This document shows, piece by piece, positions 1-12,784 of a stretch of DNA of 64,000 nucleotides. Source of the stretch: Vicugna vicugna (lineage: Eukaryota); NCBI GenBank assembly GCA_013265495.1, contig MU058781.1, positions 2,024,158 through 2,088,157 on the forward strand. Direction: 5' to 3'. The notes under the pieces are model-generated. The model saw only the letters and a list, made by a program, of their open reading frames with translations, was not told the DNA's origin and did no database searches. The position numbers were made by a program, and so were the translations under genes. Every line of letters begins with the position of its first letter. Position 1 is the stretch's first letter.

Positions 1-2
1 AA

Positions 3-26
3 TTTTTTTTTTTTTTTTTTTTTTTG
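3..26. repeat. poly(T) tract at window edge (possible tail of a retroposed element)
   Basis: Uninterrupted T run followed by T-rich sequence. Confidence 0.9.
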
Positions 27-445
27 GTTTGTTTTCTTCTTTTTGATTAGCGGCAGGTTATGCCACATGTCAAAATTTTGACAAACCACGGATGGTTCTT
101 ACAAAAAAAACAAACAAGTATAATTTCTAATCACTCTATCCAGTGAAGACGGTGTTTACATTTTCATCTTTAAACAGTCTTCTTGGCTGCTTTAATTAGC
201 TTCTTCAGGCCATCTCAGCTAGCTGGAATCTCAGCACCACGGAATGGCTTATAACTACCTGTTAAGCAGTAGCCAACCCCCAGGGCGCAACTGTTTTGAA
301 TCTGTCATGGATGTTGGGTCAAAAGAGGGACTGTTGTATGGACTGGAGGCTGAGGGGTGAAGACAAAAGAAGTGAGGAGAATTTGAGAAGATAGAGGAGA
401 ATCTGAGAAGATTAAAAGTTTTTTTTTAAATCTATGGCCAAGTTT

Positions 446-446
446 T

Positions 447-484
<38 letters not shown>
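446..484. repeat. (TG)n microsatellite
   Basis: tgtgta followed by about 16 TG units. Confidence 0.97.
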
Positions 485-486
<2 letters not shown>

Positions 487-876
487 TTTCAATTCCGTTT
501 GCTTGACTCATTTCCCTCCACGAGTGAAGACAGTATTAGCCATGGGGAATCAGCTGCCCACTGAGGAATTTAAATGAATACGCTGAAGAGTTGGTTTGGC
601 ACATTTTAAGAGCAGTCTTGTCTAGTATTCCAAGGTACGCCTCCTCTCTTCTCGGGAACGGGAGTCGGTACTGTGGTTTTCATTTTAGAAAAGAAATTTC
701 ATTTTAGATGAAGAAATCAGAGCTCAAAAAGATCTGTTTGTGCATTCAGTAACTACTGCGGACCTGCAAACTCCTCTTATCTTCCCTGCACAGTTTTGAT
801 ACATCAGTCTGCAAGACACAGGACCTGCCCTCAAGAAATTCGAAGCTTAGTGGGGAGATTACCTAGTGAGATCACT

Positions 877-904
877 GTTCCCATTCATTGGTTCCCATTC
901 ATTG
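877..904. repeat. Perfect 14-bp tandem duplication (gttcccattcattg)x2
   Basis: Read directly from sequence. Confidence 0.95.
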
Positions 905-1049
905 GTAAAAGAATCTATTGAACAAGTGCTGTGATAAATAAAAAAAAAGAATGCCAATCAGCTCCTCCCCTCAGAGAAATTACAGTCTAGTAGGCATGGC
1001 AAAATGAACCTTCTTCACCTTCCTCTTTTGTTCTGTTGCTGCTCACAGC

Positions 1050-1470
1050 CCTCCTTTCTCTCTTGCAACAGGACATCCTCGTTCTCCTCTCTCGTCTTCC
1101 CCCGGTCCGTCAGCCAAGCCCTGGAGTGGCGCGCTCCTCCACCGCCAGCGCCCCCAGAAAGCTGCCCCAGCAGCGTGCTGATGTTCATCTCCCTGCTCTT
1201 ATTCTGCTGGGGGTTCACCCGTTTCCAGCCCCAGGGGGAAGGTTACTTCCTCTCATGCTTCTGAGCTACCCGGACGCACTGGGGAAAGTCAACAAAGACC
1301 AAACTGATTCCTGGCAAATTCTCTCCTGATAACCTCAACTGAGATCTTTCTGCTGCTCAGGAATCTTCTTACTCGTCTCTCACCGACTGACTACCTGCCA
1401 AGTCTTCCTTCCAGACTACTTTTCTCACCCTCCTGAAGCTCTGAGCCCAGCCCTCCCCTCACGCCATGCC
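1050..1470 (+). mobile_element. LINE-2 internal (ORF2 region) fragment, highly decayed
   Basis: Motifs such as 'aacctcaactgagatctttctgctgctcagg' and 'cttttctcaccctcctgaagct' resemble the L2 consensus; pyrimidine-rich. Confidence 0.55.
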
Positions 1471-3467
1471 CAGGTCAGAGCTGCCAAAGTGAGCCCTTGT
1501 AGCCTCTCTCAGGACCTCCGGAGAATTTCACCCTTCCATCCAACCCGCTCCTCATTCTCCGCTCATTCTTCAGTCCTCTGAATTACAGCTTCATGCGTTA
1601 CCATTTGATTAATAAAAATAGGAAAGGCTACCATTTTGATATTTATCATTAGGAGGAAAATGACCCTTTCAAAGATGAGACCGTTCTTCTAGCTCACAGA
1701 ACAGCTGTTCGAAGAAACACAGGTATCAAGAAGAGCAAAAGGAAGGGTGAATTCTTTTCAAGAGAGAACTGAGGACAAATATAAAGGATTCTGATTTATT
1801 GGAGGCATTCACTGCATTTAAGCATCTGACAAACACCACACACTGATTTCTCCATTACTTATATCCTGTTCACCCTTCCCTCTGCCAGACAATAACCTTC
1901 TTTGACTTCCCAGAAAATAATTAGCAACCTATTACTGATTTTTTTCATAATTTTTAAATTAAAATTTAAAATATACAATTAATACATTTATATTGCAAAA
2001 AATTAATATTGCAGGTAAAACTCAAGTGCCTTCTAACCATTATCCCTAATTTCAGTTCCCTTCCCTGCTTTGCCCACAGGGCGCCCCTGCTAGCGGTTTG
2101 GCGTGGATTCTTCCCAGACGTTTTCTAGGCATTTATATGATTATAGGTGCCCACTGTCCACCAGCAGTTGTGCGCATGTGCAACTTCACCCGTGAGTGTG
2201 CTGGTGAGCACAGACAGAACACAAGACTGAAACCATGACACGATGCTCGGTTTCTGAGGGAACTGTATAAACTGCTGTTCTGGTTTCACATGAAACTGGA
2301 ATTTGAAAACAGCATCTTATTCATGAGAATACAACACATAAAACTACACTGCTGTGTTTGGTGGCTGAAGAGATTAGACTCCTCTTTGACTTCTGATCAT
2401 TTGTTTTCTAAATATATAAAAATGTGGATTTACATCCACCTGTTTTGCCTCTGAATAGAGAGTCCCAGATCAAATACCAAAGGTCCATTAGTCATTTGAT
2501 AAAGTGATTTTTCTTCTAGATTTTTCCTTTTTTGCCGACACAATCACTTCCCCAAAAAATCAAGTCAAGTTGTGCCTCCCCTGAGGCAGGTCTGCTGCCC
2601 TAACAGGGACCCAGTCCCAGGGAGGGACTGCCAAGTGTTACCATCATTTACAGCCCTTTTTCCCTTCACAATGGCTGGTGCTTTATCTTTCCTTTCCCTT
2701 GAACATTTCCTCCTTTTGACTCAGGGCAGCCTCCATTTCACAATCCCACATTGAGAGATTCCTACTCTGACGATCTAGAAATGTTTTTCACTAGTTCCTG
2801 GTACCCCAGCATTCTCTGTTCTTTCTCTCTAGTTTTCATGTGATAATTTTACTCTAAGACAATAGAAATTTAAAAAGGAAATCCAATGTACCCCTCCTCT
2901 ATTTTCACCACAACTTTTCTTATTATATAAGCAAAAGCCTTGTGTCCACATGTTTGTGGAAACCCTAAGACTCAGTGACTTGGTTCTATCCACCCTTCTC
3001 TGCCTCCTTCTTTCTTCCTTTCATGCTCAGCTTTTCTGAAAGAGTCGTCTACACTCTGTGCCTCTGCTCCCACACCCTCCGACCCCTTCTTTCTCACTGC
3101 GTTCCTTCCATCTGACATTTGGCTCCGACCTCCAGCTCTGCATGCCGTAACACCTGTTAATGTCAGCCATGGCATCCTAGATGGAGAAGCCAGTGGACAT
3201 GACAAAGACTTGCCTCTGTTGCATTTACAATGACTGACCATGTCTTTCTTCTCAGACACCTCCCTCTTTCTTTGAGGGACCCACTCAGCCCAGCTCATCT
3301 CCTTCATGGTTCACTGCACCTCCTCCACTTGTCGCTGCCCATGCTTCACCCCGGACTGCACACATCTTCTCTCTACTTCTCTTGGGGTGGGCTTGTCTAC
3401 TCCCATTCAGGTCTGGGGCAAGACTTCTCTTGTACTCGCCATTTATGTCATACCATATTTCAGTCTC

Positions 3468-3826
3468 GGTCTTAGCCTGTTCTGGCTGCTTTAACAAAAT
3501 ACCATGGACTGGATGGCTTAAACAGCCAAACATTTATTTTTCACAGTTTTGGAGGCTAGAAGTCTGAAATTAGGATGTCGACACAGTCGGGGTTTTGGTG
3601 AGGGTCCTCCTCCTGGTTTGCAGCTGTCTGCCTTCTTGCTGTATCCTCACATGGTGGGGAGAGGTGACCCTTCTGTCTCTTCTTAGAAGGACAGCATCTG
3701 ATGCATGAGGGCTCTATCCTCATGACCTAACTGCCTCCCCAAAGTCCCCTCTCCTAAAACCATCACACTGGGGATTAGGCTTCAACATGTGAATTTGGGG
3801 GGGACATAAACATCCAGTCCGCAGCA
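3468..3826 (-). mobile_element. MLT1A/A0-like MaLR solo LTR
   Basis: Begins 'gtcttagcctgttctggctgctttaacaaaatacca' and ends 'aaacatccagtccgcagca'; candidate 5-bp TSD gtctc/gcctc. Confidence 0.9.
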
Positions 3827-4517
3827 GCCTCTCTGCCCTAAAACATAACGAACCTTTTCTGTGCTTCTTAAACCTAACCTGTCACCAAGTCCTGTTATTT
3901 AAAAAGTTAATTCTTCAGTCTTGTTGCCCGATTCAGTACATAGCCACTGCTACTACCTTAGTTTAGACTCATTGCCTGAGCTGTCATAACAGTTTGTGAC
4001 TGTGACAGGGCACGGGGCGTGTCCTCAGGAGATACTAGCTGAATGAGCATCTCCACAATACTAGATGTTCTCGCAGACAAATTTCAAATCTCATGTCTCT
4101 GTTTAAAACTTCCACCAACTCCCTGTTGCCTACAAAATGAAGCAAAATGACTGGGTTGGTGAATCAAGCTAACTTCTTGGATTCTCTCCTGCTTATCCAC
4201 GCCTAGAGCGCCCCTCACCTTCCCATCACTCTGGACAGCTCACTCTTCCCTAGTATTTCATGTCTTCTCATGATTATGGGATTACAAAGGCTCATCTCCC
4301 ACCTAGAATGTCCTTCCTCCTTCTCTTTTTGGCAACATCCTTCAAGACCGCACTCCTCGGGACAGAGTACCTTTTCCTCCTTTCACTGTCACCAAAACTT
4401 CTATTATTGTGCTGATCACATATTACAATAGCCTGTCTTCCTGCCTTGAACTTTGAGGCCCCTGATGGCAAGGAACTGTTGCGTATTCATTCTGGAGACC
4501 AAACTAAACATTTTACA

Positions 4518-4660
4518 AAGTGGTCTTGCATCAAAATCACCCACAAAGCGGTTAAATATAGATCCCCAGGCCCCGCCCTTGGGTTGCTGAATCAGTTTCT
4601 CTGGGGACTGGAACACTTCCAGGTAATTCTGATGCACGTGGGCATCTGGGAACACAGTCA
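4518..4660. mobile_element. MER5-type hAT-Charlie DNA transposon remnant
   Basis: 'gcatcaaaatcacc...ccaggccccgccc...ctgaatcag...ccaggtaattctgatgcac'. Confidence 0.7.
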
Positions 4661-5814
4661 CAGTATTCAACAAATATTTGATGAATAAGGACATGATGAA
4701 AAGTGCTCAGATCTCTACTCCTGAAAAATCTGTTCGATTTCCTCCATTCCTCTGGGCTATGTTTTGGCTGGAGACAGGTCCAGGGAATTTGGCTCAGCCT
4801 TGAATCTAAGTGACCTAACGGGAAACAGCTTTACATTTTTCTCTAATCAAGTCATGCAATGCACCTATTGTCCTGTCCAAATGCCAAATTAGGTTTAGGG
4901 CCATTCAAAGCCTTGAAGATGGTTGGTCATGATAAGAACTTACAAATTCTTGCTCAAGTAAGAACTGGTGTTGTGGGCATGCTCTGCATTTCTAACTCAC
5001 CAAAGCCAAGTTCTTAAGCTTAAATGGTTCACAAGTACCTTCAAAGGAGTTTCACTGTCTCATTTGCTGCACTTATCACCAGTATTGGGAACTCAAATAT
5101 CAGTTAATTCCTCCCCTGTTGACACTGGAGGAGTTGTGAACGGGCCTAAGAATTTTAGACTTTAGGTGAGGCTGATGGACTTGGGAAGCCACAAGGTCTC
5201 TAAAATGTCCTTTTAAAATTTCTTTGGTAGATTTTGAGCTCTATCAACATGAACTTGAGATCTGTCACAATGCACAGACCAGGCCCAGCAAGACTAAAAC
5301 ATATGCATTACCTAAAAGATCTCAGGACCACACAAAGTACCTTCAACAAATATTTGTTGGATTCATTATTTACCAAATAACTAAATCTTTCCAAAAGTAC
5401 ATACAAGTGGAGAAACACACAAATACCATTAAGCTGTTGAATACAAACATATGTATCTCAGAGGTGGAAAAGAAAACAAAAGCATGGGGAGTGATTTAAA
5501 GTTGGCAGTCCTTGCTGGAGGAATGGAGACCTGATTATTGCGCTCAAGAAGAGGCAGGATGCAGACTGACAATTAAGCTATCTCCTAGAAAATTCAGATG
5601 ATGTCACAGCTGGGCTGAGCCTTAGAGGTGGTCTAATTTATCTTAATATGTATTACTCATCCTTTAATAGTTCCATTATTTATTACACAAGTAACATACA
5701 CTCATCGTTCCAATCAGAAAAAATAAGTAATTCAAAAAGACAACATAGCTAATGTTATGCTGGCGTATATATTCTTTTAAATGTTTTTCCATATATATGT
5801 AGAGTGATGTTCTA

Positions 5815-6284
5815 GCAGGTTAGTCTACTATTGTTGCTGTAAGAAATTACCACAAAATTAATGGCTTAAGACCAAACACATTTATTATCTTACAGTTCTG
5901 TAGAAACCATACAGGCCTCTTGAGCTAGTCAGTGTGTAGGCAGGGCTGCCTTCATCTGGAGGATCTAGTAGAGAATCTGTTTCCTTACCTTTTCCTGCGT
6001 CTAGATATTGCCCATATTCTGTGGCTCCTGGCCCCTTTTTCCATCTTCACAGTCAGTCATGTTGACTCTCTGTGACCATTCTGTAGTTACATCACCCCCA
6101 ACTTCAGCTGGGAAAAGTTCTCCTATTTGATTTTAAGGACCCATGTGATCAGTTTGGACTCTCCTGGATAATACAGGAGCCCAACCCAAGGTCTCTAACT
6201 TCACACAAAATCTGTTTTGCCATGTAGAGTAAAATTCTTAGGTTCTCAGAGTTAGGACATGGACATGTTACTCTGCCTGTCACA
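5815..6284 (-). mobile_element. MLT1D-like MaLR solo LTR
   Basis: 'gctgtaagaaattaccacaaa...tttattatcttacagttctg...ttaggacatggacat...ctgcctgtcaca'. Confidence 0.85.
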
Positions 6285-6469
6285 CATAGAGACTGAACCA
6301 CCAATGGTCACGGAGGTTCAGTGATGTCCCCAAGATCACACAGCTTGTAAATATTGAACCTAGTAGTTAAACTCTTTCAAATTGCAAGAGTTTGACACAG
6401 TCGGATTCTGAACTAGTAGAGATTTACGATAAAGGGATGTAAGGGAGAACTGCAAAGAGTTTGCATAAA

Positions 6470-6960
6470 TGTGGGACCAAGCCTCCCTCCCGGGAACCGT
6501 CACACCATCCTCAGTCTATATATGCCATGACCTTGCTGACCTCTCGGCAGCAGCCGCCCACGGCACCAGATGGAGCCACTGCCTGTTTCTGTGTCACTCC
6601 CACATGTCTTGTACCCTTTCTAGTGCCCTTCAGTGTCCTGCTTAGCTTCCTAATCTTAAATGCTACCAATTCATGGCTTTAACCTGCTGCCTCCTCTCCA
6701 CGAGTCTCTTTGTTTTTGGACCCTCTGTCAGTTATTTCTCTCTCAGGGTCACTTACACGCTTCCTAAGAGAAAGGATCTGGTGGAGTCCATTAGTCACCA
6801 CAGGGCACTGGACGAACACACAGACAGGGCCCCCACCAGGTTATCTCACTGCCTGCTGGTCAGCCTATGGATGGTCACCTTAAGAAACAACTGTTGCTTC
6901 CTGGTTCCATCAGCCAGGATCAAGGGGTCAAAGTGACAATCTATGGGTAAGAAATCACTT
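6470..6960 (-). mobile_element. Old MLT1 (L/M/N-like) LTR remnant
   Basis: 'cctaagagaaaggatctg', 'gtcagcctatggatgg' and 'ggttccatcagc' resemble antisense old MLT1 LTRs. Confidence 0.45.
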
Positions 6961-8051
6961 CGGGTCACGTCCCTCAGTACAGGGCTGAGAGCAGGTGGGC
7001 ACAGAGAGACGCTTCTCCAAAGCCGAGGCCAGAGCACACCCGGGTACCCCTGCACGTGCTGCAGCTGAGCAGCATCTGGGACCTCAGCCGGAAGAGGCTG
7101 GCTGGATGAATGAGCATCAGCAGGGGCCGGACAGGAGGAAGAGAACAGTGCCCAGAACCGACACAGTATATGGACATTTTGAAAATGGTTTAGGTAATTG
7201 TTTTCAGTACTTTAAGGCCCTAATTGCTGATCTTTAACACAGAGGCCACACAGGCTTATGAAAGTCCTAAAATTATATCACATTTATCAGTAACTGGGAC
7301 CTCAAGTTGCTCCCACAAACCACACAGGGCCTTGTGAAATAAGGCTTTGGAAAGGGGCCCCTGATGTTTCTAAATTTTCACCCATTTGTTTCTCCATCTA
7401 AATTTGCTCTGAGAGGGGAAAGTGGCCTCATTAACTTGGAAAGAATGAGTCTAAATAAGTTGCAGAAGGAGAAAAGCTCTCGGGCATGCTGAACCCTGCC
7501 ACCCCCCAACTCCCCACCCCCACCCCTTCCTAATGGAAGAATGTTGCCATAGAAGTTTCGCCTGCGATTTCCCACAAAAATGTGCGCTGTGGTCACAGCT
7601 CAAAGATGCCAACACAAATCTCAAACACAGCCACCTCCTGACGCAGAACACAATCTAGGCCGTTTTCAGTCTGAACTTCAGTTAACCAGGGACAAAATTG
7701 ATTTCAAATGTCAAGTAATGACATGGGAGGAAATGGCCATCTGACAGACAGAGGTCCTCGCATAAATGTTTTTGCCTGGTGGCCGAGTCCTGGGATGCTG
7801 CCATGTTACACACAACCCGGCTTTTTCTACGTGCTATGATCTTTTTTCTTCTCCTCTTGTGCTTTTAGAGAGAATGCCAATGGCATGTTGTCACCTCAGT
7901 TTTCCATACCCTGTAATAATTCACTGAATCATTCAGTTTTACTCTGAAATACACAACATTCTTCATGCAGGACAATCAAAACATATTTTTCTGAGTAATT
8001 ATCACTATATTAGGAGCTGTGGATAAACCACTGGGTAAAAACATATATAGT

Positions 8052-8520
8052 GTATTGTGTATACGGGATGCTTTGGCTACAAATGATGTAAAAATAGAAT
8101 GTAAAGTGGCTTGAACAATAAATACTCATTGCCTCACCAAGCAAAAAGTCCCTCATAACTGCAAAATGGCTGCAAAAGCTCTAGACAGTACATTCTCAAC
8201 CACATCCAAATGCAAACAAATACATAAATAAATAAAGCCAAAATGAAAACACTCCTCATTTTGGGTCCTGCTCCCCAGCAGAGACACCCTCAAGTCTTGG
8301 GAGGCAGAACTGCATCACAAGCCTGTTCCTGAGTCAGTCAACAGCAAGACAAATGAGATGGTCATAATTTGCTTAGACTAGTCAAACTTTGCCCCCCAGG
8401 ATTAGGAAAGGACTCAGTCATTGCTGAAGCACTGAGTTTGCCCCATGCACAGAGAAAATCCAGTTCTGTTAGCAGGAAAAAAGGATTAGCTATTGGACAA
8501 GAAACCAGCAAGTCTTCCTC
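8052..8520 (-). mobile_element. MLT1J/K-like LTR remnant
   Basis: 'ggatgctttggctacaaat...gtggcttgaacaataaa' at the start; 'gttctgttagcagg...gctattgg...aaccagca' at the end. Confidence 0.65.
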
Positions 8521-8596
8521 AGTGTGGAACTTCCAGACGACACAGGAGGGACAGGAAAAACACTCCCTAACATACATGTGTTTCGTAAGGAGTCCG

Positions 8597-8798
8597 ACAG
8601 ACAGAAGTTCCAGCGTCCACTTTGCTACTCAGTAGTTACAAGATCTCGAGTAAACCTCTTGGAACTTTAATTTCTGCATATGTGAAATGGGAAGTCATTT
8701 CTATCTCACTGGGTTACAGTTAGGATCAAATATATTAGTGTACGTAAAATACCTGGGACCGTGCGTGGCCCATAGGAGTTACTCAATAAATGCCATTT
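8597..8798 (+). mobile_element. MIR SINE
   Basis: Core 'tttctgcatatgtgaaatggg...ctcaataaatg'. Confidence 0.75.
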
Positions 8799-8829
8799 CC
8801 TTCCTCAAAGCTCTCAGGTTAAGTTCCAC

Positions 8830-10300
8830 GTGGTTCTTTGACACTGACGTGTGGCTGTTGAGAAGGAAACTGTATATATGAATGTGGAAGTCAGGGGGAG
8901 GTCTGGAGATGGAACTGCGGGAGTCATCAGCATGGAGGGTGACATTTGAAGCACTGACACTAGGTGAGGTCATTAAAGGAGTGTGCGCGGGAAGTGAAGC
9001 AAGTGACGAGTGGGCGTGGGAGGCGACGTGGAGAGGGCGGGGAGAGGACAGCCACCAACAAAGGAGACTGAGGCGTGGCCTGAGAGGAAGGCCCACCACC
9101 AGTGGGTGGTGTCCCACAAAGTCCTCGAAGAGTGTCTGCGGGGGACGTGAAGTGTGTCAACTGCTGAAATGGGAAGTATGATGCAGGCCGAGGACTGCCA
9201 ATGGATTCAGGGATGCAGAGGTCACCAGTGACCTTGACAGAGCAGTTTCAGTTGTGAGTGGGAGGGGATGGGAGGAGAATCTGAGGGCGGCAGTGTAGAC
9301 AATTCTTTAAGCAGTTCTTCAAGCAACTGCTTGGCAGTAGAGCAGAAGAATGAGGTGATAGTGGAAGGGCACACAGTCAAGGAAGGTTTTGTCTGTTTTT
9401 AAGATAAGAGATTTAATGTGCTTGAGTAATTGACAATCTCATAGGGAAAATTTTAGGACACAGGGGAGAGAGCAGTGAATTGTTGGAATTAGGTCCTTGA
9501 AAAGGGGAAGGAGATGGGATACAGGAAACAGTGGAGAAGTTGGCTTCTGTCAAGAGTGTAGTTAAACTGCTCCATGGCATGGCTCCCTTGGCATTCATGT
9601 TGTGTGGCCAAGTGGCCTGCAGGGGCCTTAAACTGACACTAGCCCCTCATGCAGGCACAAGCCCCAGACAGTACCTGCAGAGTCACAAGCAAATGTAAGT
9701 TCTTGATATAACTTCCCCAGCAGCTCTTGTGATCAAAGGCTCCCCTGTCTCCCTGGGCCTTCCACCTGTGCACCCCTTAGATAAGACCCCGGGGAGTTCA
9801 CCAAAACCATACTCATTTTGGATTGAGTTGACCAATCTGAGCTTAGCCCGGGAACCCCAAAGCACTCCACCCCTGGCCCTAATAAAGGCATGTGCCCGGG
9901 GTCCGGTCACTCTCAGCCTGCACCCTGCTTGATCTCCCCTCAAGGCCCTGGCAGCATGCCCTGTATTTCCTCCAGGACCAGTGAGTAATTAATCTACTTC
10001 AATTTCTCTTGTGGTCTTTTGTTGAACCTCAGTCACCATCCCACACCCTGTGCTTCCCTTAACAAATATGAATATTAAAAGTCATTAATAGCTTCTTACA
10101 AAGAGAAAGGGCAGACAGACTACAGGTATAGGGGTGTGAGTGGAGGCATGACCTCTGCTGACCCTGCTGTTTTTATGTGAAATAGAAAATAAGGTCACCA
10201 GCCAAGGCTGAAGTCTGGGGAGGAGGTGATGGAGTTTTGAGGAGAAAGGCAGGCTGTAAGATGGTCAAATTGAAGAGTGAATGAATGAGGGAAATAGGGT
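8830..10300 (-). mobile_element. LINE-2 (antisense), split by a solo LTR at ~9557-10090
   Basis: 'gggagtcatcagcatggag...atttgaagc' and 'gaggtcaccagtgaccttgacagagcagtttcagt'. Confidence 0.8.
9557..10090 (+). mobile_element. ERV solo LTR (probably ERVL class, MER54/MER73/MER74-like; subfamily uncertain)
   Basis: ~530-bp block interrupting L2; starts TGTAG; CCAAT at ~9832, TATA-like 'ctaataaagg' at ~9880, 'gtgagtaattaa' at the usual poly(A)-signal position (~9985). Confidence 0.65.
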
Positions 10301-10319
10301 CACTGAATCATCACTGACT

Positions 10320-10525
10320 ACTGCATGTTGGCTCCAAAATCTATTTTTGAGCCCTGATATCTCTCCTGAGCTCCAAACTCGTATATCTAGCTACCTACTG
10401 ACTTCTATCCCCTGGCTTCCTCGGGGGGGAAATTAAAGCCATTCTCTCTCCGCCCACCTCCAGCCATCATCCTACTCTCCCTACTTCAGTGACTGTCACT
10501 CTTGTGGCCCAGTTTCCAAAGCAGA
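10320..10525 (+). mobile_element. LINE-2a fragment
   Basis: 'ctctcctgagctccaaactcgtatatctagctacctact'. Confidence 0.75.
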
Positions 10526-11139
10526 ATAAAAAAGACTTTGAATAGTTCATAAACTCTTGTAGGACAATATTTCTTATTTTCTGAGGTTGAAAACACTGGA
10601 GGAGAATCGTGTTTTTCAAGGACCATTATTAGTTCAGTTTGAATGTTATCAACTGGAGATACCTGTGAGAGAGCCGATTGGGTGTGGTGAGTAGTTTAGT
10701 GGATACACATTGGGTGGCTGACTGATTATTTCTTTGGTAACTTGGAGGCGTCCATGTGGCCGAGGTACATCCAGTTCACCTGGGGTTCCTGGGGACTTCC
10801 AGATCGTGCCAACAATAGAGGTTCACAAACCTCACTTTGAGGAGCAAACTTTAGGAGACTGAAAACCATGCAGGTCATTTCAATTTAATGTGTCAATTGT
10901 TACAATAATAAGGAAACTACGTTAACAGAGTTCAGCATACGGATTAAGGCAAAACCATGGAGATTTTTCACTGGCAGACCAGTGTGTTCTTGATTCTGAG
11001 AAGTATATAGAACCATGAAAGGATTTGAACAGAGGATAACATGCTCAACTGCAAAATGCTTGAAAGTCAGCCATGACTGAAAGCCAACCATGTGTCAATT
11101 TCTGTCTCAACAGGGGAGATAATGCAGTGAAGAGTGAAC

Positions 11140-11640
11140 AAGGAAATCCAGGACCCTGTCCTCAGGGAGGGGACATGCTGGAGGGGTTAGACAGGTCATA
11201 GTAAGAAAACAAATGAACAAGGAAATTTTAGATTGTGGACGTGCTATAAAGAAAAAAAAAGGGTTCATGTAGTTGAGGCTGCGGTCACTACTCTAGTGGA
11301 AGCAGCTCTTCAGCCAAGTGCTAAGCATGCAACGGAGCCAGTCCTGCAAGGATCTGGGGGAAGAGCACTCTGGGCAGAGGGAACAGCAGGGTGGTGACCT
11401 TGAGGGAGGAGTGAGCAGTGAGGCAAGAGGATCAATCAAGTCAGTGCAACTGGAGGCTAGTGAGAAGAGGGAAAGGGTCTGAGATGGGGTCAGGAAGATA
11501 AATGGGGGAAGGAAAGCTAAGTAGTGTAAGAGCTTTGAAAGCTGTGATCAAGAATTTGCATTTCATTTTAACATGGGAATGAAATAATCCAATTTTTTAA
11601 AGATAACTTTTGCTACTGGGTGGAGATTGTATTGTTGGTA
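11140..11640 (-). mobile_element. LINE-2 3' region (antisense)
   Basis: 'gatctgggggaagagcactctgggcagagggaacagc', 'ctggaggctagtgag'. Confidence 0.75.
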
Positions 11641-12665
11641 TGTTTTCAAGGTTGAGTAGAGCGTGGATTCCTTGGACATGCTCAGAACTGTACTTCAGAA
11701 AGATGAATCTGTCAGCGACATATAAAATAGCTCAGAGAAGAGAGAGATGCTCTTCAGAAATGTGCACAGTTAAGGAGAGCATGAACTGAGGACATCAGAC
11801 ATTCAAATGAGGCTACAGGAGGTGAGATGAGAGATTCACATAGTACTCGACACTCTTAAGCTAGGACTTTCTCGTTGACTACCTCATTTAATCGTCTCTA
11901 CAGCCCCACAATGCTGGTTACAAAAGTCAGCTTCTGAGGTTTTAACCCAGGCCTGTTGAAAGAGAGATCCAGGGACATCTGGTTGTCAGTTCCTAAGTGT
12001 TTCAGGTGATTTTAAATTCAGGGGAGGTTGAATTACGGTGCCCCACCTCCTTCTGTCAAAAGGAATGAAGATGCTTACTGGTTTTTAAGTACAGTAGCTC
12101 TCCCTAAACCTTCGAGTCTTTCTTTAAACTCTGCTGAGTAACTTACAACCTAAGTAGTGAGATTTCAGGAATTCCGGGATGAACGCGCCTGGAAAGTACC
12201 AGCGAGCAGGACGAAGGAGTCTGCTCCTGAAGGGCTTCTGCTGCTTGCTGGGGTGGATGTGAAATGCCGCTGGGGTTGTAAGGTAAAGGCGAACGCTGCT
12301 GCAGTGCCTTCAGCTGCAATCCTCATTTGTATTTCAATGTAAATGAGTTTCAGATCCCTCTTGAGAGGAAATTTTGGCTGGGAAACTATGGACGGTTCTG
12401 GGCCCAGAGTTGGGGGCAAAAGACTTGGGGAGTAGAATGGGGAAGGGGAGGGAGGCGGCACAAGGGCACTGAACTTCACTTCCTCCCCATGTGTGCTCGG
12501 AGCCAGGAAGCAACCACCCACCCCCTTCCTGAGCACAGGGCTCCTAAAATGCTCAATAAAGAAGAAGAAACAAAAACTGGTTTTATAAGTTTGCATTATC
12601 TGTGCTTGATTAGATTCTCATGTGAACTGTGCACCTGGATGGTTACCTTACAATATGCATCTCTT

Positions 12666-12784
12666 GCAGGGAGGGTAGAGCTCAGTGGTAGACTGCATGC
12701 CTAGCATGCATGAGGTCCTGGGTTCAATCCCCAGTACCTCCACTAAAAATAATAAACAAACAAACTTATTTCCCTCCTCCCCCA
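12666..12784 (+). mobile_element. Camelid tRNA-Ala-derived SINE (Vic-1-type)
   Basis: Box A 'agctcagtgg', box B 'ggttcaatcc', AATAAA tail; TSD aatatgcat(c/t)tctt at 12652-12665 and 12785-12798. Confidence 0.92.

Larger units (their letters stand above)
2640..4690 (+). mobile_element. LINE-2 fragments (interrupted by an MLT1A LTR and MER5)
   Basis: L2 motifs 'tttctgaaagagtcgtctacact', 'ctccctgttgcctacaaaatgaag', 'cctagaatgtccttcctcc' and 3' end 'attcaacaaatatttgatgaata'. Confidence 0.65.

Noticed and set aside
4693..4724. Box C (atgatga) and box D (ctga) snoRNA-like motifs
   Set aside because: Only ~30 nt apart, no convincing terminal stem, adjacent to an L2 end.
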